NCBI GenBank assembly: GCA_040954595.2
Contig: CM082589.2
Location: 1,727,910 to 1,791,909 of the forward strand
Direction of reading: 5' to 3'
Origin: Balanoglossus misakiensis
Lineage: Eukaryota > Animalia > Hemichordata
DNA: 64,000 nt
In this document: in pieces, positions 14,469-27,973 of the stretch
Layout: each line of letters begins with the position of its first letter
Numbering within the stretch: position 1 is the first letter of the stretch
Program-made: the position numbers and the translations under genes
Notes under the pieces: model-generated
The model's database searches: none
What the model saw: the letters and a program-made list of their open reading frames with translations, nothing else
What the model was told of the DNA's origin: nothing

Positions 14469-17400
14469 GACAACGAGTCTCTCACGAGCGGCGACACAGA
14501 AGTTAGCGAGCCAAGTGTGAATTCAAGTGGCGACCTAACAGCCGACAGTCCTCAGCCAATGGATTTCAAAAATGGAGGTCAGCTGAAAGACGTTTATTAC
14601 TTTATTTCATCTCTGTTTTGACGCGATACAATTCATTGTTTTCATCATAATATCGCCTCAAAGAATGTTTTTGTTCCTTCTGACCTTGTCTCATTTAAAC
14701 TTGCGTGGCGATCGAAGAATTATTTATATTGGTGAATTGTTCAGTGTTAAGTTTCTTTTTCGTGTCCCTCAACGTTTATGTAAGGAGAGACGGTTGTATG
14801 ACAGAACAAAAGAAAACATTTGAACAATAACTAAATTTTATTTCAAGGTTTTGTGTAAACTGAGCTCCTACCAAGAATGTAACTATTATAGTGCACATGG
14901 CGCAGTACAAACTATTGCTGACATTTTTGCTGTATTTCACCCCCCCCCCCCCCGAAACGTACATGCGCGCGTGCGACCACGCAAAACTTGCGCGTCTTCC
15001 GGAACAAGATAGTCGCTTTCTATTGTTGAAGACGACGCACAACTGAACAATAAAAATGGTGCCATTGTTCTTAGGCAAAGGCATTGTCTCCCTCAATCGA
15101 TTTTGTCCTCTTACTAAATGCAACAATATCTTCATTAAATTTTAATTTCAAACCGAACTGAAGGAAAAGGACAACTCTTTTTATGGCCACATCACCTTCA
15201 AAATATAATGAAATAATAGAACGTCTATTTACACCCATCGAATAAATTACACTGACTCCCAAGTTCAATGGGAGTGCCTCAGGCCATAACAACTCTGTTG
15301 ATTTTGTTAGCGTATTACGACAGATTCAATATAATTCATTTCAAAAGACCAATTACAATGTAAATGGGCCGACTATGTTGGCCTGTTAGCAGCAGTCAAT
15401 TTCTGGGCAGTTGAGGGTACATTTTCTTTTGGCAATATTTGTGAATTTGATTAATTTTCTCAGACAAAAATATTTCAGACAGAAGTGTATCCCAACAACA
15501 TCAAATCTATCTCACTGAAACGTTGAGTTAATTAAAACAAATCCAAATATTCATGATCAGTTTTAAGATATAAGAAATTAATAAATAACCCGTTTCTATG
15601 AATATTTTTTACTTCACCTATAGATGACATTACAGTGAATGGTAGTAGGTCATCTTCACCGAGTAAAACGAAAGACACATTATCAGGGGCACTGGCACTA
15701 GATATGTCCAACGGGGAAAATTTTGACAGGTCACACACTTTGACCTTACGGAGCTCAGGGTCAGAGGTCAAAACAGACATGAACTATGAGGTGAGTGTCT
15801 TGCCATTTTCTGGGCACTGGAGGAAAGAAACCACAAACACCAAAAGAGCAGACATTGCTGGACGTTTCAGAAAAGAAATATATTCTTGTCTTTATTTATT
15901 CATAGTGTGTTCAGTTAGCTTGACCAGCAACCAATGCCATAAATTGTATGACATATAGTGCACTTCAGTCTTTCGAGCACAAAAATTATCATTTTCATCA
16001 CTGTCACCATGGTAACTCTCTGCTGGGATTAACATCAAAGTTTGCTTTTCCTTGCGGTTGGCAAAGTGCCAGCTTGATGTTGCTCCCAAATTCTCCCTTT
16101 CTTATCGTCATGGTGACTCTCAAAGAGAAGTCCCTTTTCTGGGATATATCTGCCATTCTTTATGCCCTTCCGCACGGACATCTCATCTAACTCTCTTACT
16201 TTTTCACTAGGCATCGACAAACGGACACCTCAGTTACATCGGAGCAGTGCGACAGACAGAAACGCCGGAAGACCTATCAGTAGGGCGCGATGACGACGAT
16301 GATGGGGACGATGACGACAGCGACAAACTTGTTGACACACCACCCCATGGGGTTGACCCAGAGAGACTCAAGGCTTTTAATGTAAGTGCAGACTAACGTA
16401 TCAAAAACACCAACTTTTTTCTGTATGAGGACATCTTTTTACTGTTAAGTGTTCAGAAAACTTAGCTTGGTGGAACATCGACCCAGATGCATTCAAACTC
16501 AGACATTGTATCCAGTTATGACTGTTTTTGCCCCTGTGTCTATTTTTAAGTTAAATTTTCCTTTATCACAAGGTTACCTTTAGCACGGATGTAGGTTCTT
16601 TACAAATTGGGCGATTGGGAGGCAATGAAACAGGAAACTGTGCGGATTTCAGTACGTCGACAAACAAGAAACACACACGCACAAATGTAACCTTTGGATG
16701 GAGAAGGTCACATAGAGATTATTTTTAATTTCAATTTTCTCTATTCTTGGTCTTCTCCATGGTAACAGAAAGGTTTACTTTCAATTCCGGCCACAGTTTA
16801 CCCTCCTGTGCAGCCCACAAAGGCTCATGTAGTTTCCTGTCCATGAATCAGTATCCCCAATGGATTGCTACAAAATCCTCCAGCCAAGTAACATAACAGG
16901 ATGTGCGTGTCACTAATTTTAGTAACTCCGATCACCTTGTACACGTACAAACAAGCAGACAGTCAGTTTAAAAATAATGGATTCAATCGTGATGAAACCT
17001 GATTCGTCAGATTCATCAAATCTGTTGTTTTCAAAACTGTGGCAGATTGGTGCTTCGTGAAGCCCTGTCGGCGGCCATATTGGGGTTTTGTTCCTGGCGG
17101 CCATATTGGGGTTTTGTTCCTGGCGGCCATATTGGGGTTTTGTTCCTGGCGGCCATATTGGGGTTTTGTTCCTGGCGGCCATATTGGGGTTTTGTTCCTG
17201 GTTTTCATCAGTCGCTATAGATACATCTGATGACGCGCAGAGTTTTTGCATAAATTGTATCCTGAACTTTGACCTTGACGTAACATCTCATTTTTATTTC
17301 TCTATTTGTAGATGTTTGTTCGTCTTTTTGTTGATGAAAACCTTGATCGTATGGTACCGATTTCCAAGCAACCAAAAGACAAAATTCAGGCGATAATCGA

Positions 17401-19456
17401 CGCATGTTACCGACAATTCCCAGAGTTGCATGAGAGGGCACGAAAGAGGATTCGAACTTACCTAAAGTCGTGTCGGAGGATGAAACGAAACAGGGATGCA
17501 AATGGTCTGGATGTGGTGAGTAGGTCCATCTTAGTCCAAATAAGGATAGCACTTCTTCCATATATGGGCATTAAAATGCTTGACCTTGTGCCACCTGTCA
17601 CCAAATAAGGGCAGGGAGTATAGGAGAGTGTTAGAGCATCTTTCCCAAATATGGGTTTTGAGGTGATCAGTCTTGGAGTACTTCCCCTAATATGGGCAAT
17701 GAGTCTTGTATTACTTGCTGCTGAATAAACCTTGCAGCACCTCTTCAAAATGAAAGTACTTTTGTATTTATTTCTTCATTCCACCATTTTTAACAAAATT
17801 AAAAGTAAGATATAAACATAAGAACAAAATAGAAAATACTATGAAAAGAATTGATAAATAAAATTACATAAACAAAACGTGAAATGAAATGAAATACAAT
17901 TTTTTTAAAATATAAAAAATAAAGTGAATATAATGTACTTAAAAATCACAAAGAAAGCAGTGGTATTAAAAGTAAAAAAACTTTAAAAAGTAATAATAAA
18001 ATAACATTATTTTCCATTTAAGATACAATTTGCCTTCTTGAACCTTATTCTTGATTTGTTCGAGACATTAAAACGGATCTAGACATCAGGAGAATTCTGG
18101 TTTCCTGGAGAATGTTTGGATCATTACAAAGAAACCTTATTAAACTGGACACCTATCTACTATGAACACTATCTGTACAACACCCCTGTGAACTGAAGTT
18201 TCACTGCCCGTTTCGCATTCAGTTTCAGTGAGGGTTCACAGTGAGCTCATTCTCAAAATTGTTGACTTGTTATTCTGTTGACAGAGACCGACCCCGCCAC
18301 ACCTTACCTCAGCAGCAGCCGAAAGTATTTTGTCTGCGGCGTGTCAGAGCGAAAGTGAAAACGCCAAGAGAATGAGGCTCGAGTTGGAACAACAACAACA
18401 AGTGCAACAGGTAAATAAACAACTCGGTAAACAAAGTAAACATTATAAAGGCCCAAACCAGCAAACCAAATCATGTACCTTTGTGAAATTGCCCATGACT
18501 ATTGACAATATGTTTATCATCACAACGTACGTGAAATAAAAGACAACATTGATACAATCCATATTTGTTGGGTGAAGCGTACAATTGGGGATATTGGTGC
18601 AAATAACATTACACTTTTTCTCTTCTACAGACAGAGATTGTCCCCACAACACAGAACCATTACACCCATGACCTCCTAAGGCAGGAGAGAAGACCCACAG
18701 AGTTCAAATTTGCAAACGGAGGGGTGTACGACACTTACACTGCCATGCCACCTCCGTCAGCTGCACCACATCATGCAGGGATTATCCAGCACGCACAAGC
18801 TTTAACAAACGGTAAGGCTGTGCCAACTACTGATCACACCCCCTGCACATATGCCAATTTCAGATGAACTCATGAATTATCTTTGTCCTATTTTGCCTGA
18901 AGGGAGATATTTATAGACACATCAATAAGGCATTACAATCCAATATTTGATAGTCTCTGCCTGAGGCACAGGTTTTCAGAAAAATAACTTCTACACGCCT
19001 ACTTATTTTTAGCTTCAACCACCAGTGTGGTGAATTGCTTTGAAAATTAAAACAATATGGGTGTCTCTGTCAGCCATCTTGTTTTCAAGACAGTTAATTT
19101 TTATTTGTTGTCAAATTTTAGAATAAACCCAATAAGTGATGATTTTTAAACTTCATTTTGAGGGGAAAACTAACAGAAATGTTATCATTTAGGGTTAACT
19201 GTTTCATTTTTTTAGTGTTTTTGTTGTTTGTAAAAAATTTGTGTGAATTTTTTCCCGCCACTGATTTGTTGTCGTCTCTCCCTCCACTGAAGGTCCAACA
19301 GACTTAAGCATGAAAAAGAGCAGCACTTCCAAGCCACAGCTGAATGCATCTGAAGTCCAAACCATCAAACAACTCATTGCAGGATACAGAGAATCAGCGG
19401 CATTTTTACTCAGGTCTGCAGACGAACTGGAACAGCTGCTCCTCCAAAGCAACTGA
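14469..19456 (+). CDS. NOL4: Nucleolar protein 4 / NOL4-like orthologue, 3' part (N-terminal exons not found in window)
   Basis: Phase-compatible GT-AG exons 14469-14577, 15624-15790, 16211-16381, 17312-17515, 18285-18410, 18631-18811, 19293-19456 (TGA). Translation has the NOL4 hallmarks [91 protein letters not shown] and GPTDLSMK...[21 protein letters not shown], plus CtBP-type PxDLS motifs (PEDLS, PTDLS). The first listed exon is the least certain. Confidence 0.93.
17070..17199. repeat. Minisatellite, 5 exact copies of 26-bp unit GGCGGCCATATTGGGGTTTTGTTCCT (NOL4 intron)
   Basis: Copies at 17070, 17096, 17122, 17148 and 17174; accounts for the repetitive ORFs at 16919-17396. Confidence 0.97.
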
Positions 19457-22154
19457 CCTTGCCACCCCCTGTCGAAACATAAACATTGTACGGCCCGGCT
19501 GTCTGTCCCTCAGGACGACTGTTCCAAAATGATTTGGAATGAGGGAAGGAGGACCTCTCATTGAGGGGCACATAATTAATGCATGCTGAACGAATGCAAA
19601 AATGTGAATTAAATGAATTTGGAGTTTCTTTGTACATTGATTCTGTATTTCTGCTCCCTTTTCCACATTTTTTGGTAAAAAAATATTTGTTTTTGTATGA
19701 AATTCACTTGCCGAGGGAAAAGGGCAAAAAGTGGGTCAAAAGTTCACTTAATTTTTTCTATGCCAAAGAAAGATTTGTTGTACTTTTTTGTTCGACACAT
19801 GGTGTGCACGAACTATTTTTGTTGGCGCTGAAACTGAAATGACCCTGATATATCTGAGGTGCTAAACTTTGACACAAAGTTTAGTAGCCAGTTACTGCCA
19901 CAGTTATTTTGATCAGTTTGATTGTTCACATGCTGAGGGGAAAATAATTAATCAAATTTGGCAGCAAGTCTGTTTTAGTTTGATGGATAAAAAATTGACT
20001 TGAACCTTGATTATGAAAAGGTCATTCTTACATATGTCAATCAATACTGTTAATATTGACTTACTTCTGTAATGTGCAACTTTTCACCATAAAGAGCTGT
20101 TTTTTGTCTTTTCTAAAATATCTTCAGTGCAATGCAGTTCTAACGAGTAAAAAACAAAACTGGCGTTAAGTGAAAAAGTGGATGCAATTTTTGAAGGAAA
20201 TTTTCAAACAATTTAGTAAAACAGTGGAATATTGAGTTTTTTAAAAGAAAATTCAAGTTTGTTTCGGGTGATCAACCCTTTACACCACACTCACTCGTGT
20301 ACATGTATGTTTTGTGCAATATATTTATTATTTATTTTTTTCTTCAAGCATGATGTGCAATAGATCTTAAACTGGTTTGTAAATTCAACAGCATATATGC
20401 GTGTTTTGTGGCCTGTAAGCCATGTATGGTACATGTCTTATAGAACTCACAGTTGTACATAAATGTAGTTTACTAGTTTACACAGATATTAGTTTTTGTG
20501 CATTTTCGGTGGCTGCTTGTCTGAACATAGATCAATCATGCTTGCCACTGGTGAAAAAAACAACTGTATAATTTATTTATTGTTTTGTGGAGACACGCGA
20601 TTTACCTTTTGAAATTATTTATTTATTTATTTATTTGCATCTGGGTTTCATGGTGCATTTGCCCGATGTTTTGGCTGAGAATGGCAACTTTTCCAGCTTT
20701 TCAAAGAAGCATCAACTGTCTCCATCTAAGCAATGTTACCTGGAGATCTTAAAATATTCAGGGCGACCAAGGAAGTACTCATTTCTAAGATTTTGTGCAT
20801 ATTTGCAATTTAAAGGGAGTGAAACAGATAGTTTGGTTTTAAGAAAGTATACCAGTGATATCAACAACTGCTTCCAGAAAGAAAGAAAGTTTGTTTTCTT
20901 CTCAAAAGTGTTGTTTAATCCTAGTTCCCGCTAAGGATAAGCGTTCTTGACTATGATGCAAATTAATTAGTGTTGCGATAGACAAAACATTCATGCAAGT
21001 TAGACGATGAAGATCACTATAGAAACCCATCCCCTCTGTGTCAGAAACTAATCCTAAAAATGACTTCTCACTCACCTCCATAACTTTTGGATTTCACGGC
21101 TTTTGGAGGATTCTTAGAGAAACTTAGAAATCAGCTTTTTTGTGTGAAAGAAGCCACTTGCGTTTTTCAAATATGGGTCAAAGGTTAAGGGTCAATCGTC
21201 CCAGTGTGGATATTCTAGCGTTTCAGAAAATCACTTCTCTGCGGAAATTTAACTTTTTAAGTTGTGTCCTTTGTAAAATTTATTTTTCTCCACTGCCATG
21301 ACTGTTAAACTGCCATGTTCATATTGTAAATCCAAATGCACATTCCCTTTAGTGTAATCACCCTTTTCAACCTTCACATTCGGTGCTGAGCCCAATTTAA
21401 CCCCCCACTGGGCCCCATCAGTTACTAGCGCACGACACATAACTATTGAAACTTGAAAAAACTTAGACTTAAAAGGAATTTTCGTAGAAATTTTGAATAA
21501 ATAAATAAATAAATAAACAAACATGCATGGAAGGATACGTTTCTACAAATAAGAAAGATGCAAATTTTTTATTTAAGTGTTCTTATAGAGTTTAATATTA
21601 ATATATCATAACCGAATGTATTTGAAAAGTATTCAAAGTTGATAATATTGTATTATGTCTATGATAATTTTCTGTAAAACTTGTGTATTTATTTGTATTT
21701 CTTGCAGAGACAACCAACTCAGAAATAAATAAATGTTTGAATTCTCTTCAGAAATAATTGTCTCAGTGTGTGTGTGTATTACAAAACCCCCAGGCCATAG
21801 AATAGCTGCTACCATGTTGGATAGTTTTCTTGAAAGAAGTCTCGCCTTTTGTGTGATGTTGGGATCTGTTTTCTCTCCCGTAAACGTTTCTGATGGATTG
21901 ATCGAATACACAATTCCAGCGACGGATTTAGATTTGAGAGGATTTCAATGTAATTACCCCAAGGTGCAAATGACATCTGATGCATGTGTGTACGATTGTA
22001 AATCCTTTGGATAGCTACAATCATTCAATGCCATCTGGATGCAAAAAATGAACACCAATAGGATTAAACCTTGCAAAGTACACACATCCATACAGAAGAG
22101 ACAAACAGACAATTGTTACCCTGGGCATAAAAGCCATTAAATATACCTCTACTC

Positions 22155-22307
22155 CAATCTGATTAAAATCAGATGTAGATTTGGTTCAATCTTTACATCT
22201 GCTGGTTCTTTACTGTACGGTTCTCATATATCTGCTGTATCTGGGAACAGAAGAGCAAAGCTCCAGAAGATGTAAAGATCGAGCCAACTCTGATTTTAAT
22301 CAGATTG
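22155..22307. mobile_element. 153-bp fold-back MITE with 19-bp perfect TIRs and 10-bp target-site duplication
   Basis: TIR CAATCTGATTAAAATCAGA at 22155-22173 and its reverse complement at 22289-22307. Further imperfect inner inverted arms. Direct repeat ACCTCTACTC at 22145-22154 and 22308-22317. Confidence 0.85.
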
Positions 22308-24038
22308 ACCTCTACTCCTGATTCTAATCTTTTCTTCTAATTTCATTCCTTATTCCGTCTTCAAGCAAATCACAACAGCATTTTGAAGGACATTAATCGA
22401 AAGAAAAATATTCTGAGAAATGCATGATGGAAATAACAGTCAGGCAATAAGGCAGCTGCTCTATTAGCAGTCCACAGGTCGTGCAATTGCTTCTGTTGCT
22501 GGTTGTCGTGGCTTCTAGTGGGAGGCCAGTGACAGACGCCAACAAATATGGCCCACAGGCGGCAATTCTTGCATCTGGCAATAAGGCCATATGTGTACAC
22601 CTGTGACCATAAGATTTTCAAGTCGGGACAAAGGACATATTGAACTGGAAAATTCAGTTTTGACACCAGAGGCCCCGGGGGCTCTAAGTTTTTGCATTAT
22701 TTTCATTTTTTATTTAAACTAATGAATGTAAATGTACTCACTGTGCAGTGTGTAAACACAGTTTGAACCAAATGGATAAAAAATGTTCATCCAAAGAGTT
22801 CACCCGAAAATAGACAATCCAATATGGCCGCCTCCATGCCAGGGTGCAAAACATTTGATATTCCGTTGAACTAATATTCAACGGAATAAAGATACAGACA
22901 TCATGGTCTCAAACCACTGGGACAGGCAGCACTGAATATCCTCCACTGTGACAATGCTTTTGCTTTTTTGTCTTTAAAGAAAACAGTGAAATTTATTGAA
23001 ATTCCCCCATTCCATAACAAACAAAGGCTATATTGTTTGATGGATAAAAACTCGGGGAATGTCTGAAAAAATCAGAAGATATTCTGAGATCCACAAATGC
23101 CCAGTTTATGGCTTGATTCAAGATTCCACAATCAAAACAGCAACACTGAAAGATGGGTGCAATCCATTTTGAAATCCATAAAAACTGATCCACATGTACT
23201 GCAAAATCCTCATCCTTAATGCGACCATTACTTGTGTTTGATAATAACTGATTTTATCACTTGGACTGGGGTTGTAAAACCGCCTTCGCAAAACCACATT
23301 TTGTGGTGAGTAAAGACCAGCTTGCAACGTGATAAACACGGCAATAGCCGAAGGGAGAGACAACTCCCATCTCTCTAGTCGTCAAAAACCCCAAAAATTT
23401 TTATTCAAACACATTTACTGACACAACTTCAATAAATCTTCCCACTGAAAATATGAAACACTCCATAAGTTTTCTTCATTTTGCCACAAGTTTCAGAGGG
23501 GGTATGATTAAATAACTCAACTGCTGTGCAGTTATACAGATAAACTAGGTTATAGATAGAATAACAGTCTCTACATACAACATTTGATGCACAGCAGTTG
23601 TGACTGCTAATAAGATAAAAGAAACACTATCACTGGATAACCTTATCAGTATTTTGAAATCAAACCACTGTGCTGACCAATCATGAGGTAGCTTTCATAT
23701 GAGTTTACTGGGTGTGGTGTACGACAGACAGGCTTGTGTTGATTCTGGAACTTTTGTAAAGCGAAAAATATTGTTTCTTCATTCCGCTTAGTAACACAAT
23801 CCATATTCTGTTGCTTCATGAGAATTTCATAAGCCCTCCCCCATCACAGACAAAAAACAATCAAGTTTAGTTAACCAGAATACGTTTTCCATTTTGTTAT
23901 GAAACTCACATGGGTAGATACTGTTCTTGACTTGGCCTTCACATCTGACACGTGTTGAATTCTCTCCGACACAACTCCAGTACCCATGGCAACATCCGAT
24001 CATCCAGAACCATCACCCTGTTACCTCGGTAACCATCC

Positions 24039-26952
24039 TCACACATCCATGGACAGTATCTGTTTTCCAGAGGCATACGGTTCCATGGCCGCAGCAATGG
24101 CTGACTGGTAGTCAGAGATCGGAACCAAGCGATGTTTTGGCAGTTTCAATTTGCCAGCCTGGCTCAACTTACAAAGCTCAACAATCATGTTCTGGGCTTC
24201 TGCGGCTGTAAACAAAATTATAAAATGAGAAAATATCAAAACAACAGCACCTGCAAATTCTGATATCTTTATTTTTATATTCTACATATCACTTGTAAAC
24301 CCAATGTATTTCATGTCAACTGACACATTATGAGTTGCGAGTATTTTATACGAATACGTAGCTATTCTAATCTGTATCTCAATACTTGACGTTTCTGTTT
24401 TTGCGAGAATCGTTTGTTCACTGGTTGCATGGAATAATTCATCAATATATGTACTATTTAAATAATATGATTGATGAAAATCTCTAATAATTATTTTCTG
24501 TAGTTCCAATTATAAATACACAACGTGTGTTCCATATAATAAATTAATGTGACAAGTTAAATCTGGCTAACCACAGGTGACACAAGATGAAATGAACGAA
24601 ACTGATAAACAGCTGTTTGTTTGTTTACTTACAGCTGCCATGGCGATCGTGCCACCTTGACATCCAATGACCAACAATTCTCAGATCATTGAAGATGAGA
24701 AAGCCGGTTGGCACGGTAATGGGTTGCCGTGACATTCCTCCATATGTCACCATGGTGCCTTGGTGTCTGTTGAAGAAAAAAAATTAATTAACCTTTGACT
24801 CTTCACCTCTGACCTACAGTTATACCAGTATAACCTGTACAAATATTTGATTTCTTTTAAGTTATAGACTTGTGGTTTTTGGAAGAAAGTCACTAGTCAA
24901 ACGAAAGCTTGGAAAATATTTCAAAAGATCACTGGTGGCGCTGTTTAACACCCCTCAGTTTTTGTGCTGAATATATATCAATTTATTTCATGTATTACAG
25001 TATATCAATGGATATTATGGTATTACAGTTATGATGAATATGATACTTACTCTAAGAATTTCATTAACGTGATCGCAGCTTTTCCACCAACAGCATTCAA
25101 TGCAAGTTTGGGTTTGGGAAGAGTCTGTGTTAAAGAGAGAACATAATCTTGAAAATTCAGTCAATCACAAGATTTTTATCACTCACCTAGGTAGCAAAAA
25201 TCCGTACATGTATACGAAAGCATGATTGAAAACTCAATAAGACTGGCAAATCTCCCAAGACCTCTTTGCACTGACACTAACCTTCATAACTCTATTGAAA
25301 TCTTCCTTGTGAGTATCCACCACCACTTCAGTGGCACCTATCTCTAGAAGATGTGTTTTCACTTCATCAAGGTTGGGCCTGCAAGTAACAGAACAGACAG
25401 TGATACACTATGCACTCATGTAAACACTATTGAGAGCAGTGAAAGCTTTGGTCATTTCGAGTTGTCAAATATACAGAGAAATGAGAGTCTTGATCACTCT
25501 ACCTGTCTCGGATGATATTGACAGTCTTGATTCCATTCGCTGCAGCGATCTGTATCACAGCCTGTCCACATCCACTATTGGCTGCATTCTGGATGACCAC
25601 ATCGCCTACAAACAAACGGATCAAAATTGCAATAGGTGTAGAAACTTAATGCATGTAAATCAGGATGCCACCTCTATGGACTGTAACCCTACCTGGTTGT
25701 AAGTTGACATGATCCTTCAACATTCTGTAAGCCGTGCAGTTGTTTACTCGGAGAGTGGCTGCGAATAACGTCGGTGTTCCCTCCGGAATTTTCAGCCAAT
25801 CATCTTCAGGGCGGACGACATGAGTACACCATGTGCCTGGAGAAGAGATGATGACATGATTGGATCTGTGGTTGTGGAAATTGACATCACAAAACATGAA
25901 AATACTGTGCACACACATACATGTACTAGTATACGTACAGAGGTAGACATAGATTGATGCATTCACAATTGAACTATGCCACATCCTGGAAAGGTCTAAA
26001 AGCTACCCTGGAGTAAAAGCAATTTCCCAATATTTCCAAGAATTGTTTCTGGGAACGTGTGTGAAAACTGTGGGAGGGGGAAGGGGGGACTTACACCAGC
26101 ATTCCATAAACCTACCAATTCCGTTGACACCAGGAATAACAATGGTTCCTGGCTTGAGTTTTGTCACACGCTTTCCAACTTCGACCACTTCACCGACACC
26201 TTCGAAACCAGCGATGGCTGGTAGTTCTGGTTTGATAGGATATACGCCTGTAGAATTTGAAATTAACAGTAATTGTCATTTTCATGCTCAGTATTCATCT
26301 TGTCATCAAAGCCTGCAAGAACGTAACTAGCAATGTTCTTGTTGCCAATTTGTGTTTGATTTTATATGATATCTGAGACACATTACCTTGTATAGTGTTG
26401 ATATCAGCTGGATTGACGGGTGCAGCTAACATCTTCACCTTCACAGCATTTGCTGGCAGTCTCGCAGGAAGGGTTAATTCAGTTTTCCTGTTTTGAAGGA
26501 GATAAATTAACCAGCTTTGTAAATTTCAGTGTGTGATGGCTATTGACCATGAGATATAATCAAGGTTCTACTAAAAACATACGCAAATAACAAATAAACA
26601 TCACTATAAAACATAAATGTAATAAATTAGTAAACTGTATTTCAAATACATGTATATATATTACTTTTTGAGTAAGTTTTTGTCACTTTCTCTTTCCTCA
26701 GTAGGAAGCACGTGTATTGCAACTTGTGCGTACATTTCCATATATGTAAAGTAAAGACCCCACACTTTACCTGATAACTTTGGTTGGGTCACCATATTCT
26801 GAATATTTTAAGGCACATGGCTCTATACCAGTGCTGCACTTTGCAACGGTCACCCTCAGAAGATCTCGCCTTTTAAGAAGCCTGCTACAGCAAAATATTC
26901 GGGTTTCAATTGGCATCCAACAGAACAGGCGTTTCGCGAAGGGCGCAGCCAT
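24039..26952 (-). CDS. MECR: Mitochondrial trans-2-enoyl-CoA/ACP reductase (MDR superfamily), complete, 377 aa
   Basis: Exons (minus) 26771-26952, 26387-26487, 26116-26247, 25693-25836, 25503-25605, 25282-25378, 25051-25124, 24633-24766, 24039-24205, total 1134 nt, all GT-AG and in phase. Arg/Leu-rich N-terminal presequence. Motifs [20 protein letters not shown] (catalytic Tyr), [46 protein letters not shown]. Confidence 0.96.
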
Positions 26953-27973
26953 TTTGAATATTAATTAGATTAAATATAAGTGCAGTGCTACGAAAGCGCG
27001 CCCTCTTACACACGACGTAAAATTACTTTGTTTTTGTCAAATACACTGCTACAGTAATTAATATTGACTACAGAATTTTGAATTTGTTTGGGCTCTGATA
27101 ATATTACAACTCTGCTTTATGCGAATAAACAATTTGAGAGACATGACGTAACAGGTTTATTAGAAATGGGATAACGTTTTGTGTAACAAACGGACAGACA
27201 AACACATATTGTCACAGATGCTGTATTGTATTAAAGTTGGTGACATCTGACGGAAGATACAAAATCTTTGTTTGTAATATGACAGATTTTGAATCCAATC
27301 TGTTAAATCACTTTAGCATCGCCGAAGGCTATCGATCACTGTCACTCTTTCACGAGTTTGAAGCGGCCGGTGATCTAAATTTGCACTCATTTGAACATAA
27401 TTAGAAGTACAGACGATATATCTCTTCCAAGTTCCTCACAGTAACACAAATAATTAGAAGCAACGAAGTCTGATTTTTAAAACCTTTATTAATTACCCAT
27501 CACAGGGAAACTCCGAAAACATGGCGATTTTAAAAACTAAAACTAAACCTTGCAGACGCCTTGACTGCATTGCAGTCATAAAGTGACCAACCTGCACCCT
27601 TCACATGCACTCCGATAAATTTTTTTATCACCATGACATTTTCTTTCCCAGGAACTTGACAATTACAAATAAATACTTCACCAATCAAATCATGCAATCG
27701 TACAATTCTTCTTGTCTCGTCATATTTTATTCTTTCGATCGACAAGAAACTCTTGGCTGAAAGTCAACTTCACGAGTTCAACATTGTGCATGGAGCACCA
27801 AAGAGAGAACATCACCGAAAGATAATGAATAATTGTATTTCACACAACCACGTATGTTAATGTTGAGGTCGTCCATTCCATTCCAATGCAGGTTTTTCAT
27901 GAATGTTGTTGGCAAGATTTCAATCGTCCCATTTCAAATGTGTTCACATTGGTGGTCAGACTTATCGTCGACT

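Noticed and set aside
17070-17199. CRISPR-like regular repeat
   Set aside because: Head-to-tail identical units with no spacers, in a eukaryotic intron.
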